Source: Xylographa opegraphella
Lineage: Eukaryota
Direction of reading: 5' to 3'
Assembly: GCA_022813865.1 (NCBI GenBank)
Contig: JALDZX010000054.1
Location: forward strand, 1 to 64,000
DNA: 64,000 nucleotides
The translations under genes were made by a program, and so were the position numbers. The notes beneath the pieces were generated by a model, which had not been told where the DNA came from, did not search any database, and worked only from the letters and a program-made list of their open reading frames with translations. How positions within the stretch are numbered: the stretch's first letter is position 1; each line of letters starts with the position of its first letter. Of this stretch, positions 12,229 through 24,837 are shown in pieces.

Positions 12229-13251
12229 TCACAGCACCTTCTCCGCCTCCTCCACCAGCCTCTCCAACCGAAAGTCCCCATCGCCCCCACTGAACTGCTC
12301 CAACAGCTTGCCCCGCTCCCCACGACTCTCCCAGCCGTAGAACTTCTGCAGACACATGAGCAGCCAGCGCCCCTCGTCGACGCTCACCCCCCTCCCCTCC
12401 AGCACGTTCCCCTGCAGCAGCACGACGCCCTTCTCGGCCGCCAGCTCGGCGTGGTGCGTCACCGTCGTATGCGGCTGGCTGAACTCGCCCCGCAGCTTGT
12501 ACTCGGCCAGGTGGGTGAAGAGCACGGTCGCCGTGTGCGCGGACGGGAACGTCCACTGCAGGAAGTGGATCTCCGTCGTCGCGGGCGTGTCGGTCGCCGG
12601 GTCCGCGGGCCGGGGCAGCGGCAGGATGAACTGTGGGTGCTTGTGCGCCGTCAGCAGCATGCGCGCGTAGGTCGCGGCCGGGACGGTGCCGCAGAGGGAG
12701 GTCGCCGACGAGGCGTGCCGCAGGCGCCAGATGGACGCGATCTCCGCTGGGGGGAGGGTCAGCGTTTTGGGCACGTCGAGGAAGGAGGCGAGGGTCTTGA
12801 TCCCCGGCTGGGCCTTAGTGCTCCGCGGGGGCTGCTGTGGCTGCGCGGACGGAGACTCGTCGGACAGTAACCGCGGCGCGGGCGGCGGAGGCGGGAAGGG
12901 CGACGTTGACGTCGGGGCGGCGGCGGCTTGGACGTGCTGGATCTTAGCGGCGAAGACCCGTTTCAGCTCTGCGACATCCTTGACCCCGATTCTGCGCAAA
13001 CCGAGGACGTTAGCACGCTGGTCGAGCGGGGTTTGCAGTATGGCGGTCACCAGGTCCGGCGCGTACTCTTTGGCCTTCTGGTCTAGCTTCTGCCGGTACT
13101 TCTCCATCACGATGCGGTCGGGCTCGCGGTGGGTGGCGAGGAAGCGCACGTCGTGCACTTGTGCCCATCGGCGCTGCACGCTGCTGCTGCGCAGGCATGG
13201 CGGGCTGGAGGAGATGATGGTGCGGACGGTGGGGGCGTGGAGGGCGGGCAT
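12229..13251 (-). CDS. ATP11: Mitochondrial F1-ATPase assembly chaperone Atp11; probable 75-nt intron 12992-13066
   Basis: Arg/Ser-rich presequence, then IKTLASFLDV..IWRLRH, HPQFILPLPR, EIHFLQW, VLFTHLAEYKLRGEFSQPH. The intron has GTACGC donor, GCTAAC branch site and GCAG acceptor. Confidence 0.9.
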   Translation of the reverse strand: MPALHAPTVRTIISSSPPCLRSSSVQRRWAQVHDVRFLATHREPDRIVMEKYRQKLDQKAKEYAPDLVTAILQTPLDQRANVLGLRRIGVKDVAELKRVFAAKIQHVQAAAAPTSTSPFPPPPPAPRLLSDESPSAQPQQPPRSTKAQPGIKTLASFLDVPKTLTLPPAEIASIWRLRHASSATSLCGTVPAATYARMLLTAHKHPQFILPLPRPADPATDTPATTEIHFLQWTFPSAHTATVLFTHLAEYKLRGEFSQPHTTVTHHAELAAEKGVVLLQGNVLEGRGVSVDEGRWLLMCLQKFYGWESRGERGKLLEQFSGGDGDFRLERLVEEAEKVL

Positions 13252-13563
13252 GGTTGGAGGGGAAGGTGACTCGGGGTGGGTGTGTGTTCCTGGGGGGTGA
13301 GGTTGTGGTTTGATGAATAGGATAGTTCCTGACAAGGCGGACCTCGGTTCAGTGGGAGATCGACGTCAGGGAGCGTGGAAAGGTGTGTGGGGACGAGGGA
13401 GGGGGTTGTTGTACCTGCAACACGAGTGCCCCGGATTATTCCAATAGATTGACTGCTACGTCGTCGAATATCTGGATCTGCTTCGCCGACACGTGAAGTA
13501 CGTCGTATCAGAGTCTCGCAGCAAATTCGTGGCCTCCTCCACCGCTATCCTCTGACGTCAGCC

Positions 13564-15415
13564 ATGCCCTCCAAGTCACCGTATCCCGACATTGACATTC
13601 CAAATGTGGACCTATTCGGGCTCATGTTTGAGCGCAAAGACAGACCATACCCCGATGAGAAGGGTCAGAAATCCTTAATGCTCTTGCGGTCCTTGGGATG
13701 CTAATCCTGGCCAGTGATCTACCGCGATGCCGATACCCTTCGTTCCTACACCTACGCCCAGGTCAAAGCTGCAGCCATTGAGTTCGGGAAAGGCCTCAGG
13801 AGTGTCTGGGAATGGAAGAAAGGCGATGTCTTGGCGCTTTTCACCCCGAATTGTATCGATACTCCCGCCCTGACCTGGGGCTGCCATTGGGCTGGTGGCA
13901 TTCTGTCGCCTGCCAATCCAGGATACACTGCTGAGGAGCTCGCCTTCCAGCTCAAGGACTCTGGGGCGAAGGCCTTGGTCACGCAGAAACCGTTCCTAAG
14001 GATAGCACTGCAGGCTGCGAAAGAGGCTGGGATACCGGAGGATAGGATTATCCTGATCGGCGATGAGAGGGACGAAACACACAAGTTCAAGCACTTTACA
14101 TCTGTCCGGAATGCTGCGGGGACCAATCGGTACCGAAGAACTAAGATTGACCCGCAGAACGACCTGGCGTTTTTGGTCTATTCGTCCGGGACGACGGGGC
14201 ATCCGAAGGGGGTGATGCTATCTCACACCAACATCGTATCGAACATCTTGATGGGCCACGCAGGCGAAGGGGGACATCTCAGCTGGGAGGGAGGCCCCGA
14301 CTGCGATGGGGATATCGTTCTTGCCTTCCTACCCTTCTACCATATCTACGGTAACACACGCCCCTATCCCACTTCCTACACAGCTGACCCACCACTAGGC
14401 CTAACATGCCTGATCCACCAGTCGATGTACAGCGGGTGGAAACTCGTCGTCATGCCCAAGTTTGACCTCGAGAAGTTCTGCTCCATCGTTCAAAGCCAGA
14501 AGGTCACTTTCTCCTACATCGTGCCGCCCGTCGTCCTGCTGCTCGGCAAACACCCCGTCGTCGACAAATACGACCTCAGCTCCCTACGCATGCTGAACTC
14601 CGGCGCCGCCCCGCTGACCAAAGAACTCGTGGATACGGTCTACAAACGATTGAAGGTGCCCATCAAGCAAGGCTACGGCCTCAGCGAGACGAGCCCCACG
14701 ACACACACGCAGGTACGTCCCTCCCCACCCTCCCACTGCCCACTTCTCACATGCAAAACTAACCCTCGCCCTCCCCTCCCGCCAGCGCTGGGAAGACTGG
14801 CAAAGCACCATCGGCGCCGTCGGCCTCCTCCTCCCCAACCAAACCGCGAAATACATGTCCCCCGACGAGCGCGAAGTGCCCGCGGGCCAAACGGGCGAGC
14901 TCTGGATCCGCGGGCCCAACGTCTTCAAGGGCTACCTCAACAACGCCGCCGGCACGGCCAACGCCCTCACCGCGGACGGCTACTTCAAGACCGGCGACGT
15001 CGGCCACCAGGACGCGGCGGGCAACTTCTACATCACCGACCGCGTCAAGGAGCTGATCAAGTACAAGGGCTTCCAGGTCCCGCCCGCCGAGCTCGAGGGC
15101 CTCCTGCTCGCCCACCCGCGCGTCGACGACGTCGCCGTCGTCGGCGTCTACGACCCCGCCCAGGCCACCGAGGTCCCCCGCGCCTACGTCGTGCCCGCCA
15201 ACGGCGTCGCTGCCGGCCCGGACACGGAGACCGAGATTGTCGACTGGCTGCGCGCGAAGGTGGCGAGCCATAAGCGCCTGAGGGGCGGCGTCCGCTTCGT
15301 GGCTGAGGTGCCGAAGAGCGCGAGCGGGAAGATCCTCAGGAGGCTGTTGAAGGTGCGCGCGCAGGAGGAGGAGGCCGCGGCGGCGGGGCAGAAGGCGGGC
15401 AAGGCGAAGCTGTGA
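13564..15415 (+). CDS. Peroxisomal 4-coumarate-CoA-ligase-like / phenylacetyl-CoA-ligase-like AMP-binding enzyme; introns 13664-13714, 14351-14398, 14713-14785
   Basis: AMP-binding motif YSSGTTGHPKGVMLSH, QGYGLSETSP, GYFKTGDVG, DRVKELIKYKGFQVPPAELEG, PKSASGKILRR. C-terminal PTS1 -AKL. Confidence 0.92.
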
Positions 15416-16267
15416 AGGGATGAGACTGTCTTGTTTGGGTACACAGGGGATGGGGGAAGGGAAAGGGTTACTTGGTGCGTGAGAGGTAGCGCGGTGCTGG
15501 GTCCTCGTTTGGGGCGTAGCCCGTGTAGTAGACGGCCATTCTCGGCCTGCACGAGACAAGGCTGCCGATGTAAGGTAGGGTCGAGTTGCGCTGGGCGCTC
15601 TGGTCTTAGTCCTGGGCCGGGGGGCGGGGGGGGCGGGTTGCGAGCTGAGGCTTATGCGCAAAGGGCCGCTGACGTGAACGATGACAGAGGAGAATGGCTT
15701 TTTTCCGGTCTTGGTATCCCCGTGATGCAGAGAAGTTAACGTGATATAATCTCCTCCGCTTTGGACAGCTGGACATCACGCTCAACGAGTCTCGGCGTAA
15801 GCAAAACGATCCTTATGGCCACAAGGATGATCATCACAGAAAGCGACGAATTGAAGTTTCGAGAAGAAAAAATCTACGCTGTTTTGAAAGATCACCAAGG
15901 TGCGGACTCTAGAAGATAGACATTCACAGATCACCCACGGGTATATCGAGAGTCGCCCCCGGCCCCCCAGCCTTGCCCTCGCCCCTCGCCAGCACGAGAA
16001 GTAGAAGGAGAAGAAGAAGAAGAAAAATAAGAAATAAAAACAATCTCGGAATCTATCGCGACTCCACCAAGCGTGCGGGAGCCGTGCTCTAGAATGCCAT
16101 CGTGATGTTGTGAGCGTGCCCGCCCCCCCAAAAATACCAATACCCAGCCGCATGCGCCAGTTCGTAGCAATTGGTTATGATCCATCGGAGCCAGGGATGT
16201 CTCGTTCCTGTGCTCCGGTGTACCCTCCACCGCCACCTCATCCAGGAGATCCTCTTCACTTCGTATC

Positions 16268-17817
16268 TTACGCAGGTGTCGGTCTGGGAGACTGCATGTA
16301 TAGCGCGTCGACCGAATGGCTGCTCTGTTGCTGGGCCATGACCTCTTTGGCGTAGAACTCGACCAGCATGCTGCCGTACGCCTCGAGTTCCTCGACCGGC
16401 ACCGAGAGCCGGAAGTCGTTCAGAAGCAAGAACTGCAGCTCCAGGTGGTTGAGCTCGATCAGTGGCAAGCCTCCGACCTATCGATTATTAGTCGAGGTGC
16501 TATGGCGACTCGTTCGCAGTGCCTGGTGGCAAACTGACCTTTGCATATCGTGAGTTCGTGTAGAATACATCGGAGAAGAATTTGCTGGCACAGGTGACAC
16601 CTGCAATCACCAATCTATGTATGTTGAAGCTATCGACAACGAAGAAATGAGAGAGATCATAAGCTTCGGCATCGCTCATTGATTCATGATGCGCCGAGGC
16701 AGAGGGAGGGGCGCCATATCGAGCCTGGATATCAAACAGATCAGCGTCGTAATTGATATAGCCTGAATGCATTCATTGAACCTACACTTGAGCCTTCCGG
16801 TCTTGGATGACCTGCACTACTTCCAGGTCTATTTGGGCTATCAAGTGGGTCCTCTGTGTAACGGAAGCTTGAGAGTGTCCCGCTGTTGATCATCTCCGTC
16901 ATTCGGTCAAAATATACTAACAGGCTGAGAAATACTTCATACGTCGTTGGACAATACTTGTGAATACGGCTAAGGTAGCTGAGGATCGTAATACTCGGGA
17001 CATTCTTTCCATGAAAAGCAAGCACGCTCGTCGTTTGCTGACTCAATCCTGTTGTTCCTTCTGGCGGCGGAATGTGTCGATGCATATGCTCGTGCTGTCG
17101 ATCATTTGTGGTTGTGATCTTGGTGAGCAGGCCTGAAACCATTTCGATGATGTCTGTTACCGGCATAGCACTTATCTCGTACTGCTGACCACCATCTTGC
17201 CGCCCTTTCAATGAATGCCGTGATCCATGTCGTGACCGTGTCAAGACCTCCTCACTTGCAAAGCTTTGGATATGATTCAAGTCTCGCACTTTGATGCGGT
17301 TCGGGGATCCCGACCCTGATTCAGTCAAGGACAAGGATGACCTTAGAGTTGGGAGTAGCCGTGGGGAAGGTGGTGATTTTTCCGGACCTTGTGGCGCATT
17401 TGACGACGGGTAGGAGGATCTATCGTAGCCATCTTCTGATCCATAGTCCTGTGCATCCACGATCTCCTGGTAATTCGACCCAGGCACGCCACCATTCCTG
17501 GTCTCGTTCTGCCGATGATGCGACTGTTCACGATCCGAGGCTATGCTGCCGTGATGAGTGGGGGAGTGTTGAGAAGTGGATTTGGTCGAGCTGGCTGAGC
17601 CCTCGGAGGTGGTCGCCTGCGTCGGAGTCGCGGATGCCGAAAAATGTCGCGGTTGAGCATAAGAGGAAGATACGGGCTGTTGTGGTTGATTCGAGTGGCG
17701 TGGAGGTTGATTTCTTTGAGATTCTGTCGTAGAGACTTGTTGGGTGTCTCCAACTACCATCGTGTGGGGGTACCGTGTAAAGTCGGACACGACGTCGCTG
17801 ATCACCACCGAGCCCAT
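16268..17817 (-). CDS. Pho80/Pcl-family cyclin (Pho85 partner); introns 16725-16785 and 16478-16538; start codon uncertain
   Basis: LAFHGKNVPSITILSYLSRIHKYCPTTYEVFLSLLVYFDRM and FNIHRLVIAGVTCASKFFSDVFYTNSRYAK/VGGLPLIELNHLELQFLLLNDFRL. Two 61-nt GT-AG introns join the three ORF-track fragments. Confidence 0.88.
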
Positions 17818-18848
17818 ATCATCCCACAGCGCCGTTCTTGATACAAGGAAAGCTATCGGCACACGATAGTCAGCCTGGTCCACGAGTAGGTAGTCTCCGG
17901 ACAGAATACTGAACGAACAGCAAACTCGGAGCTACGCAAATGTCGCCGATGACAGTGCGTTTGTCGCGTGAGCATTGGGATGCGGAAGATCTTATGTAGG
18001 TATGCCTGCTTGGTGAGCTTGACGGACTAGTAGTCGCAAGGTGGCTCTCTGCGCCAGAAGCAACCTCGGGATCGCGCCGTATTCTCGTATTCCTTCGCCA
18101 CTGGAAATCGGGAAGCAATGCTCATGTCGATTCGCCACGAGAACGAGGATGCGTGGGGGGGGAGGGGACAATAGTATCTCGAAGGTGTTTCAGGATGGCT
18201 GTCTGGATGGAGAAATGGCGACCAATGCTCACATAGGCGAAAGTGGGGGAAGAGCTGGCACAAACGAAGGAGAAGAGCGCATCTTGCTTACCCTGTGAAT
18301 CATTCTAACATACTCACGCGTATCCTTCTTCAATGGCTCAACTCCCGTCTATTCCCCAGGTCTGGTCAACGGTGAGGTCGGAGAGTCAGATTGGATCCGA
18401 TAGATGAACAAGTCGAGTAATAAGATCTGGGTCTGGCTCGTGCCGCCTAATTTAGAGATGCATGGATGCGAGTCGGGACCGCCCCGGGCTTGTGGTTAGA
18501 GGCCTAGTCCTTGTGGCAGCGCCTCAGTCGTCAGACTACGTCCCAGCATCACGGTCGATGTACATGGGTTTACGCGGTGTGATACACTTCATGGCTATCG
18601 GTTTAACAGGCCGGTCGTGCTGACCGACGCTTTGACGCGGCTCTGCTCGTCGTGAATGAGGAAATACTACACTCTATACGGGAACGATGATAACGAGAAC
18701 CAGGATAGGCTATGCGAGAACATAACTGGAAGTATGAGAGTCCTTGTCATGCTTTCCAGATCGAATCCCGGTATTTGTTCATATCACCATAAACTGCAAC
18801 CCCCTGAGTGCGCTGATGGACCTTTGCACTGGAACTTGTGAATGACCA

Positions 18849-19744
18849 TCACTTTGTTCCTGGGCCTGTATACCCATTATCTGGCAGGTACAAGTGTCGA
18901 ACGGCACCCTTGGCGGTGAGGACCACCAGCCGAATGACTCCACCAGAGCTACCATCCCACTTGATCGCCTCTTTCAAGGCACCCTTCATGAACTCGATAC
19001 CCTCCTCTTCTGTCATTCCTTCCCGCCAGTAAGAATCGCAGTATCCGTAGATATACGTGGACCCTGAACCTCCGATAGCATAGGACTGCTTGTGTAAGGA
19101 GCCTCCGAGAGGTATGGAGAAGACTTGACCACCGTGTCGATGATCGTACCCGGCGATGATCATACCAGCACTATTTGTCGTCAGTCGTTGTTGTGAAGGT
19201 CATCCCAGATCCCCTAACCTGAGTTGATCCTTATTGTCATAACACAGCTCTTGAAAGAGAGCAGCAGCGATCTGCGTCGTAGGCGGCTCATCGTTTTGCA
19301 TCCCGTACATGCCAAGGTGGTAGTGCACTATATCAGCGACTGCTTGTGTGTCCGCCGCTGAGCCTGACCGGCAACACCATATGGTATCGTGAACTTGCGT
19401 GAGCTTGTCGGTCACTCGATTCGCTATATATGCCCCCGTTGTTGTTCTACTATCTGCTCCTAATATCACGCCGTCCTTGAAATTTATGGCCATACTGATG
19501 TTTCTGTAAGCGGACACTTGAGAAAGTCTGGGACCATTATCAATAGCTCACATCGAGGTTCCAAGACTATTGTTTTCCATTAGCTGCAAAAAGCTTTCCA
19601 ACCGCGTGAGCGAATGCCTACTTGACTTCACCATTCTTGAGATGGTTCATATCCACATGGATTCCATCTATTGGCTGTCAGTACCGGAGCGTCCCCGCCA
19701 TATAATGGAAGCTTACCCTCTCCCAGCATTCCCGTAGGCTGCAT
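18849..19744 (-). CDS. PRE3: 20S proteasome subunit beta-1, multi-exon, with N-terminal propeptide
   Basis: Spliced propeptide ..[76 protein letters not shown]. Confidence 0.95.
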
Positions 19745-20315
19745 ATTGGAGTGAATTCCGTCAAGATACTTGAGCTGAGGTACCTTCAAGCAGCTTTGTT
19801 GTCACTTCAAATAAAGAGAATAGGATTTAGTAGCAAGGTAAGGAATTCCGCAAGTATAGTGGTGATTACCTGGAGCTCTGCGAAGTAAGGTATCGTAGGT
19901 AATGAGGCAGACGAGACGCGTTACGCTAGTTGGCGCACCGGGCCGCGGAAAATCAATTCACCGGGAGAGCAAGACAAAGCTACCACAATGCTCATACGAC
20001 TCGTGTGTTTCAAAGTGACTTCCTTCGCGCAGATGATCTTTGATTAAATCTCACACTCTTATAGACTTGCCATTTGTCTTCACAAGGATGTAGGTCAGAT
20101 TCACCACAGGCCTTTTGAAGCATCATCTGGGTTCTTTTTTATTCCTACCTAACACGGGCTATTCTAATACATAGACCAAGCGGGCCATATCACAACAAAG
20201 TCTTTCTTCTGTTAATTCTCTTTCATCTCCCGACATCTCTTCTTGCAGCTCTTCGTCCATTTTTTACTCGATAAAAATCCCACAATTAATAGCCTAGACG
20301 CCCTTTTCATACATA

Positions 20316-21428
20316 ATGGCTGCAAATATCCTCTCATATTTCAGAATTCCTGCGCTGGCTACGTCGGGTCTGGCCGTGATTGCAAGCGCGCTCCTATATT
20401 GGAAGCAAAAGTGAGTGACAGGAACAAGTATAAGTAAGATGAGGAACTTGACTCAACAATCTAGCGAGCTCATATACCCCCGCAATATCCCATCAGGTTC
20501 CCGGACCGAAGCCGGAGTTCCAAGGCCCAATCAGTTCGGCATATCGGATTTCGATGAGCTACGAATTCCTACGCCAGACGGGGAGCACTTGAGCGCATTC
20601 TTCATCAGGCCTTCCAATAAGCGGATGGCCAAGAAAGTTACCATCATGATGTTCCACGGCAATGCAGGGAACATAGGTCACCGTGTGCCTATAGCCCGAG
20701 TTCTTGAGGAAAACCTCGGCTGCAATGTTTTGATGTTGGAATATAGAGGCTACGGTCTTTCAAGCGGGACGCCTAACGAAGAAGGTCTCATGATAGACGC
20801 CCAAGCTGGACTCGACTACATTCGCAAGTCGGACGAAATCAAAGATAACAGTATCATTATCTACGGTCAGAGTCTCGGAGGTGCCGTTGCTATCCAACTG
20901 GTAGCGAAGAATGAAGAAGCTGGTGATATTGTCGGTCTTATTCTTGAGAACACGTTCCTCTCAATCAGAAAGATGATTCCATGGTATGAGTGCATTCTTG
21001 CGCAATGAGTCTAGGACTGACGACTTCGCAAGTGTATTCCCGCCTGCTCGATTCTTAACTCCGTTATGTTATGAAATATGGCCGAGTGAAGAGACTCTTC
21101 CTCGGATTAGGGCCACTCCAATCCTCTTCATCAGTGGACTCAAGGATGAGATAGTTCCGTAAGTTCCCGAGCATTCGCTCCTTTTGCCTAATTGATCAAG
21201 TGGCTCGTTTCGCGTTCGCACAAGACATGGGCTTTCGTTCAATCCAGTAAACTCGCTAACCGGTCTCGACCCAGGCCCTCTCATATGAAGGAGCTCTTTG
21301 CTTTGTGCCGGGTGGAAGCCAAGACCTGGAAAGAGATACCCGAGGGGACACACAATAATAGCGTCGGTGAGCCATTCTACTTCAACTATATAGCTGATTT
21401 TATCGATGGTCTGCTTCCAAAGGAATGA
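20316..21428 (+). CDS. bem46: BEM46/ABHD13-family alpha/beta hydrolase, multi-exon
   Basis: N-terminal hydrophobic anchor, FHGNAGNIGHR, EYRGYG, nucleophile elbow YGQSLGGAV, ILENTF, ILFISGLKDEIVP, GTHN. Divergent from PRE3 across about 570 bp. Confidence 0.9.
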
Positions 21429-22127
21429 ATGCTCTTTAGTCAGACGCAGCAAGACGAATCGCACTGTTTGTAACATGGTCTCGGCCAAAGTGCTTCGGGA
21501 CAGCTTCATTCGTATTAGACTGGCTCAATGGCAATCGTAGTATCTATGCCAGCAGTTGCTGCGGAATCATGTGTTTCTGCAGTGAAGTGCATAAGGTAAG
21601 GTACGTTGATCGAAGACGCCAAAACAGCCCGAGTCCATAATGGCCTGTAAACAGACTACTGCGTATTCTCTCTGGCGTGATGTAAACTCCAGCGTTCCAG
21701 AAGGTGCACAAGGTCCATATGTCGGATCCACGTAATCCCGATCGACCTCAACATGTGCATCGTAGACTCTATTGACGGCTACACATGTGAGCAGCTGTGG
21801 ATCAATGGCAGAGTACGTGTGGATGAAGGGTCTGCCGGCTCATGAACTTGCCGGGGGCTGGTTCACAGAGGCCCAAAGCGCACTCCAGTCGAGAATGAGG
21901 CATTAATGTCAGAGTCTATCGCGATCAAGTCTTTACACGACGAGCACGGCAATACATACTGACATTCCGAGAATTCCGAGTTTTTGAGTAGAGCAGAGAG
22001 TTAGAGTACGCGGTCTCAGACTGCCGACCAATCGATACATACTGACCGTCCGAGATTTGACATTTTTGACACGAATCGAGAGATGGTGTGGACGGTACCC
22101 GACTGCCGCCCAATCGTACGCTCAGTT

Positions 22128-22350
22128 ATCTGCCGTTGTATACATACTCTTTCTATATATGAGATCATACAGTTACACTTTCGCATTCATGTTTCTTATT
22201 CATCTGCCGTTGTATATATACTCTTTCTATATATGAGATCATACAGTTACACTTTCGCGTTCATGTTTCTTATTCATCTGCCGTTGTATACATACTTTGT
22301 CTACATATGAGGTCATGTCGTTACACTTTCGCGTTCATGTTTCTTATTCA
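22128..22350. repeat. AT-rich 74-bp tandem repeat x3
   Basis: Unit atctgccgttgtatacatactctttctatatatgagatcatacagttacactttcgcattcatgtttcttattc starts at 22128, 22202 and 22276 with few substitutions. Confidence 0.93.
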
Positions 22351-23108
22351 TGTGGGTGCGGCGTGCTCCGACGCTGGACAGCTCTCAATGCAAAGCTTGT
22401 CGCGATCTGTGTTTGTCGTGTGGCAGCGCACAGACTGATGGAGTGGGTCTTGACGATGTCGATAAATGCCTCACTGATGGAAGTTTGCTCAAGCTTTTCG
22501 AAGAACGTACGGCAGATGGTGCCGTGGAGCCTGCGGTGGTTGGGACAACAGAGCATACTGGCTATTGACATTTCCTCCAGAATCTTAAATGATGTTCAAG
22601 CCACTCACGGGTGGCTGAAACCGCGCTCGGGCGCATTGTTGGGCGCCAAGCCCCACTTTAGCGCAAAGGCTAAGGGCACATTAAGGGCTCAACCACGGGA
22701 CGGGCTCGCTTAAGGTTCCCGATCGAGAAGTATATCGTGAATAAGAAACAACAGCGAGGAGGAGACCCATTCCGAACTGTGGATCACGACGTAGCAATGG
22801 CACACGAAGAGGCTGGCATGTGTCCTGGAGTGGCTTGGCATTTGTATAAAACATCGCTCCTTCCCTCACCCAACTTTTTTCTTCAGCCAGCCCCCCCATG
22901 GCGACAGTATCTAGGCAACCTAGATCACTGTGAAACTGGCTACTCTCTCACACAATTCTCGAGATAACAGTTTATGACTTTCAACACACAACACACAACA
23001 CCACTCACACTACTTCTTACTTCTTACTTCTCACTTCTCACTTCTCACTTCTTTTTTTCGACCCGCCTGACATCGCGGCTCAGGGACCAGTGCCCTTTCT
23101 TTTTCACA

Positions 23109-24560
23109 ATGTCAAGCCTCTCGTGGTCCGACTTGGACGACCTCGACGAGGAAGAATTCATCGGTGTGGTGGGATGTGGATTGGTGGCGGAGGTTGAGCA
23201 GGGGATTGAGCATGAGCGCCTTCTGAAGGAGGAGGAACACTACCTGTTGTTCTTGGACGACCGTGAGCGATTACGGGACGACGACAAGTTCATCATACCG
23301 GGTATGTTCCGATTCTTGAAGGAGGCGCCCCTTCTCAACGACGGTGGCCGGTCTCACACCATGCCCTCGGTCAAGCGTCCGTTCCAGCCCCGGGTGTCTC
23401 CATTGACCCAGGCTGAGAACGCGACGGCGACTGATGCAACTCCATTGGCAAGCCCCTCTTGGTCTGACTTAGACGACCTTGAGGAGGGGGAGTTCATCGA
23501 TGTCGTGGAGAGTGGCCTGGTGGAGAGAGCGGCGGTGGAGGAAGTGGCCCCTATCGTTCCGATAGAGAGCACCTGCCACAAGCGACGTTGGACCAACTGC
23601 GAATATTACCCAATTCCAGGCTCCAACCGACTACTTGTGGACGTGCCTCTGCCGAACGATTGCGGCCGTCCTCACATCATTCCCTTGGTCAAGTCACCAT
23701 TCCGACCTCGAGCTTCGTTAATGGCTCAGGTCCAGAAGGCGACTGACGACGAGTATGATGTGGAAGAGGGAGACATTGTCGAGGAATTGATCACTCTGAG
23801 ACAATGTACTTTCCGAGCGGCCAGGATGGCGCTCTCATCAGCTGATGCAGCAGTGGACGCACTTGCTTGCACAGCTCCGGACAATGTGGAGGAAGCCCCA
23901 GTCCTCACCGAAACGGATGATGATCGGTACTTGGAGTCTTACGACGAGGACTTCGAGTGCGAGAACATGGTCGAAGAGCAGGCCCAGCGCTGTTTCCCAG
24001 CTGGATTGACGCTTCAGCTGCGATATCTCGACATGTTTGACGACATCTCCGTGGTGAACGACGACGGGCGCACCCACCATCACGTACTCACACCAGAGAC
24101 AAAGCCAAGATCTTGGACCAGGCCTCGGGCCTCCTTGATGTCGACGGTTGAGTACGCATATCCACCTACCACCACGCTAGCCACAGCGACTGTCGAGCAC
24201 GACAGGGAGTCTACGGATGATACGGCAACTCCGGTGGTTTCAGAAGACGACAAGAGCGACGAAGCCTCGGACTCTGGGTATTTCTCAGAGGAGGAGACCA
24301 CATCACTGCCATTGAGCGCGCCTGAGGAGTTAACTGCCATTGCAGAGAACCCGGCGCTCACAGTGACACCTGATCATGCTTGCGAGAATCCGGTCTATAC
24401 CGAGTCTCCAGTGACAGGTGAGGAAGATACCGCCTATACGGCGAACCTTGTGGTCGAGGAAGAAGTGGCCTCTTTTGGTCATTATTTCTTGGGCAAGTCC
24501 ATTGCCGTGCTTCGCTCTCTTCAAGCGGTGATTGACGCCACCCTTGAATTGGTTCGATAG
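23109..24560 (+). CDS. Hypothetical acidic protein with internal repeated modules (no recognisable family), intronless
   Basis: 483-codon ORF from the ATG at 23109, preceded by a pyrimidine-rich leader; an upstream in-frame ATG lies at 22974. Repeats are conserved at protein level (SWSDLDDL(D/E)ExEFIxVVxxGLV x2; NDxGRxH..PRxS x3). Confidence 0.6.
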   Translation: MSSLSWSDLDDLDEEEFIGVVGCGLVAEVEQGIEHERLLKEEEHYLLFLDDRERLRDDDKFIIPGMFRFLKEAPLLNDGGRSHTMPSVKRPFQPRVSPLTQAENATATDATPLASPSWSDLDDLEEGEFIDVVESGLVERAAVEEVAPIVPIESTCHKRRWTNCEYYPIPGSNRLLVDVPLPNDCGRPHIIPLVKSPFRPRASLMAQVQKATDDEYDVEEGDIVEELITLRQCTFRAARMALSSADAAVDALACTAPDNVEEAPVLTETDDDRYLESYDEDFECENMVEEQAQRCFPAGLTLQLRYLDMFDDISVVNDDGRTHHHVLTPETKPRSWTRPRASLMSTVEYAYPPTTTLATATVEHDRESTDDTATPVVSEDDKSDEASDSGYFSEEETTSLPLSAPEELTAIAENPALTVTPDHACENPVYTESPVTGEEDTAYTANLVVEEEVASFGHYFLGKSIAVLRSLQAVIDATLELVR

Positions 24561-24837
24561 GAAGAGGAGAGGTCCATGGGACATTGAGCACGAGGATGAG
24601 AAGGATTACCATCTATTTCGACATGTAAGACGAGCGGAGATCTGAACGCGCCACCTCCTTTGAGGTATACCTTGGTGGTGGAGGCGCTTTCCCTGATCTC
24701 TCGTGCACAGCTATCATCTTTACTGGCTTGCTGCACCTCGCATTGCGAATAGATATTGTCGTCGATACATCTATACATCTTCGACACCGTCATCGACCTT
24801 CGACATAATCATCATCATCTTTTGATACCGTCGTCGG

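Noticed and set aside
13564..15415. 4CL-like ligase as marker of a secondary-metabolite cluster
   Set aside because: Neighbours are housekeeping genes and there is no PKS or NRPS in the window. It is 34 kb from the DUF3328 pair.
21570..21845. ~90-codon stop-free frame on the minus strand downstream of bem46
   Set aside because: No start codon or convincing exon partners, and no recognisable similarity.
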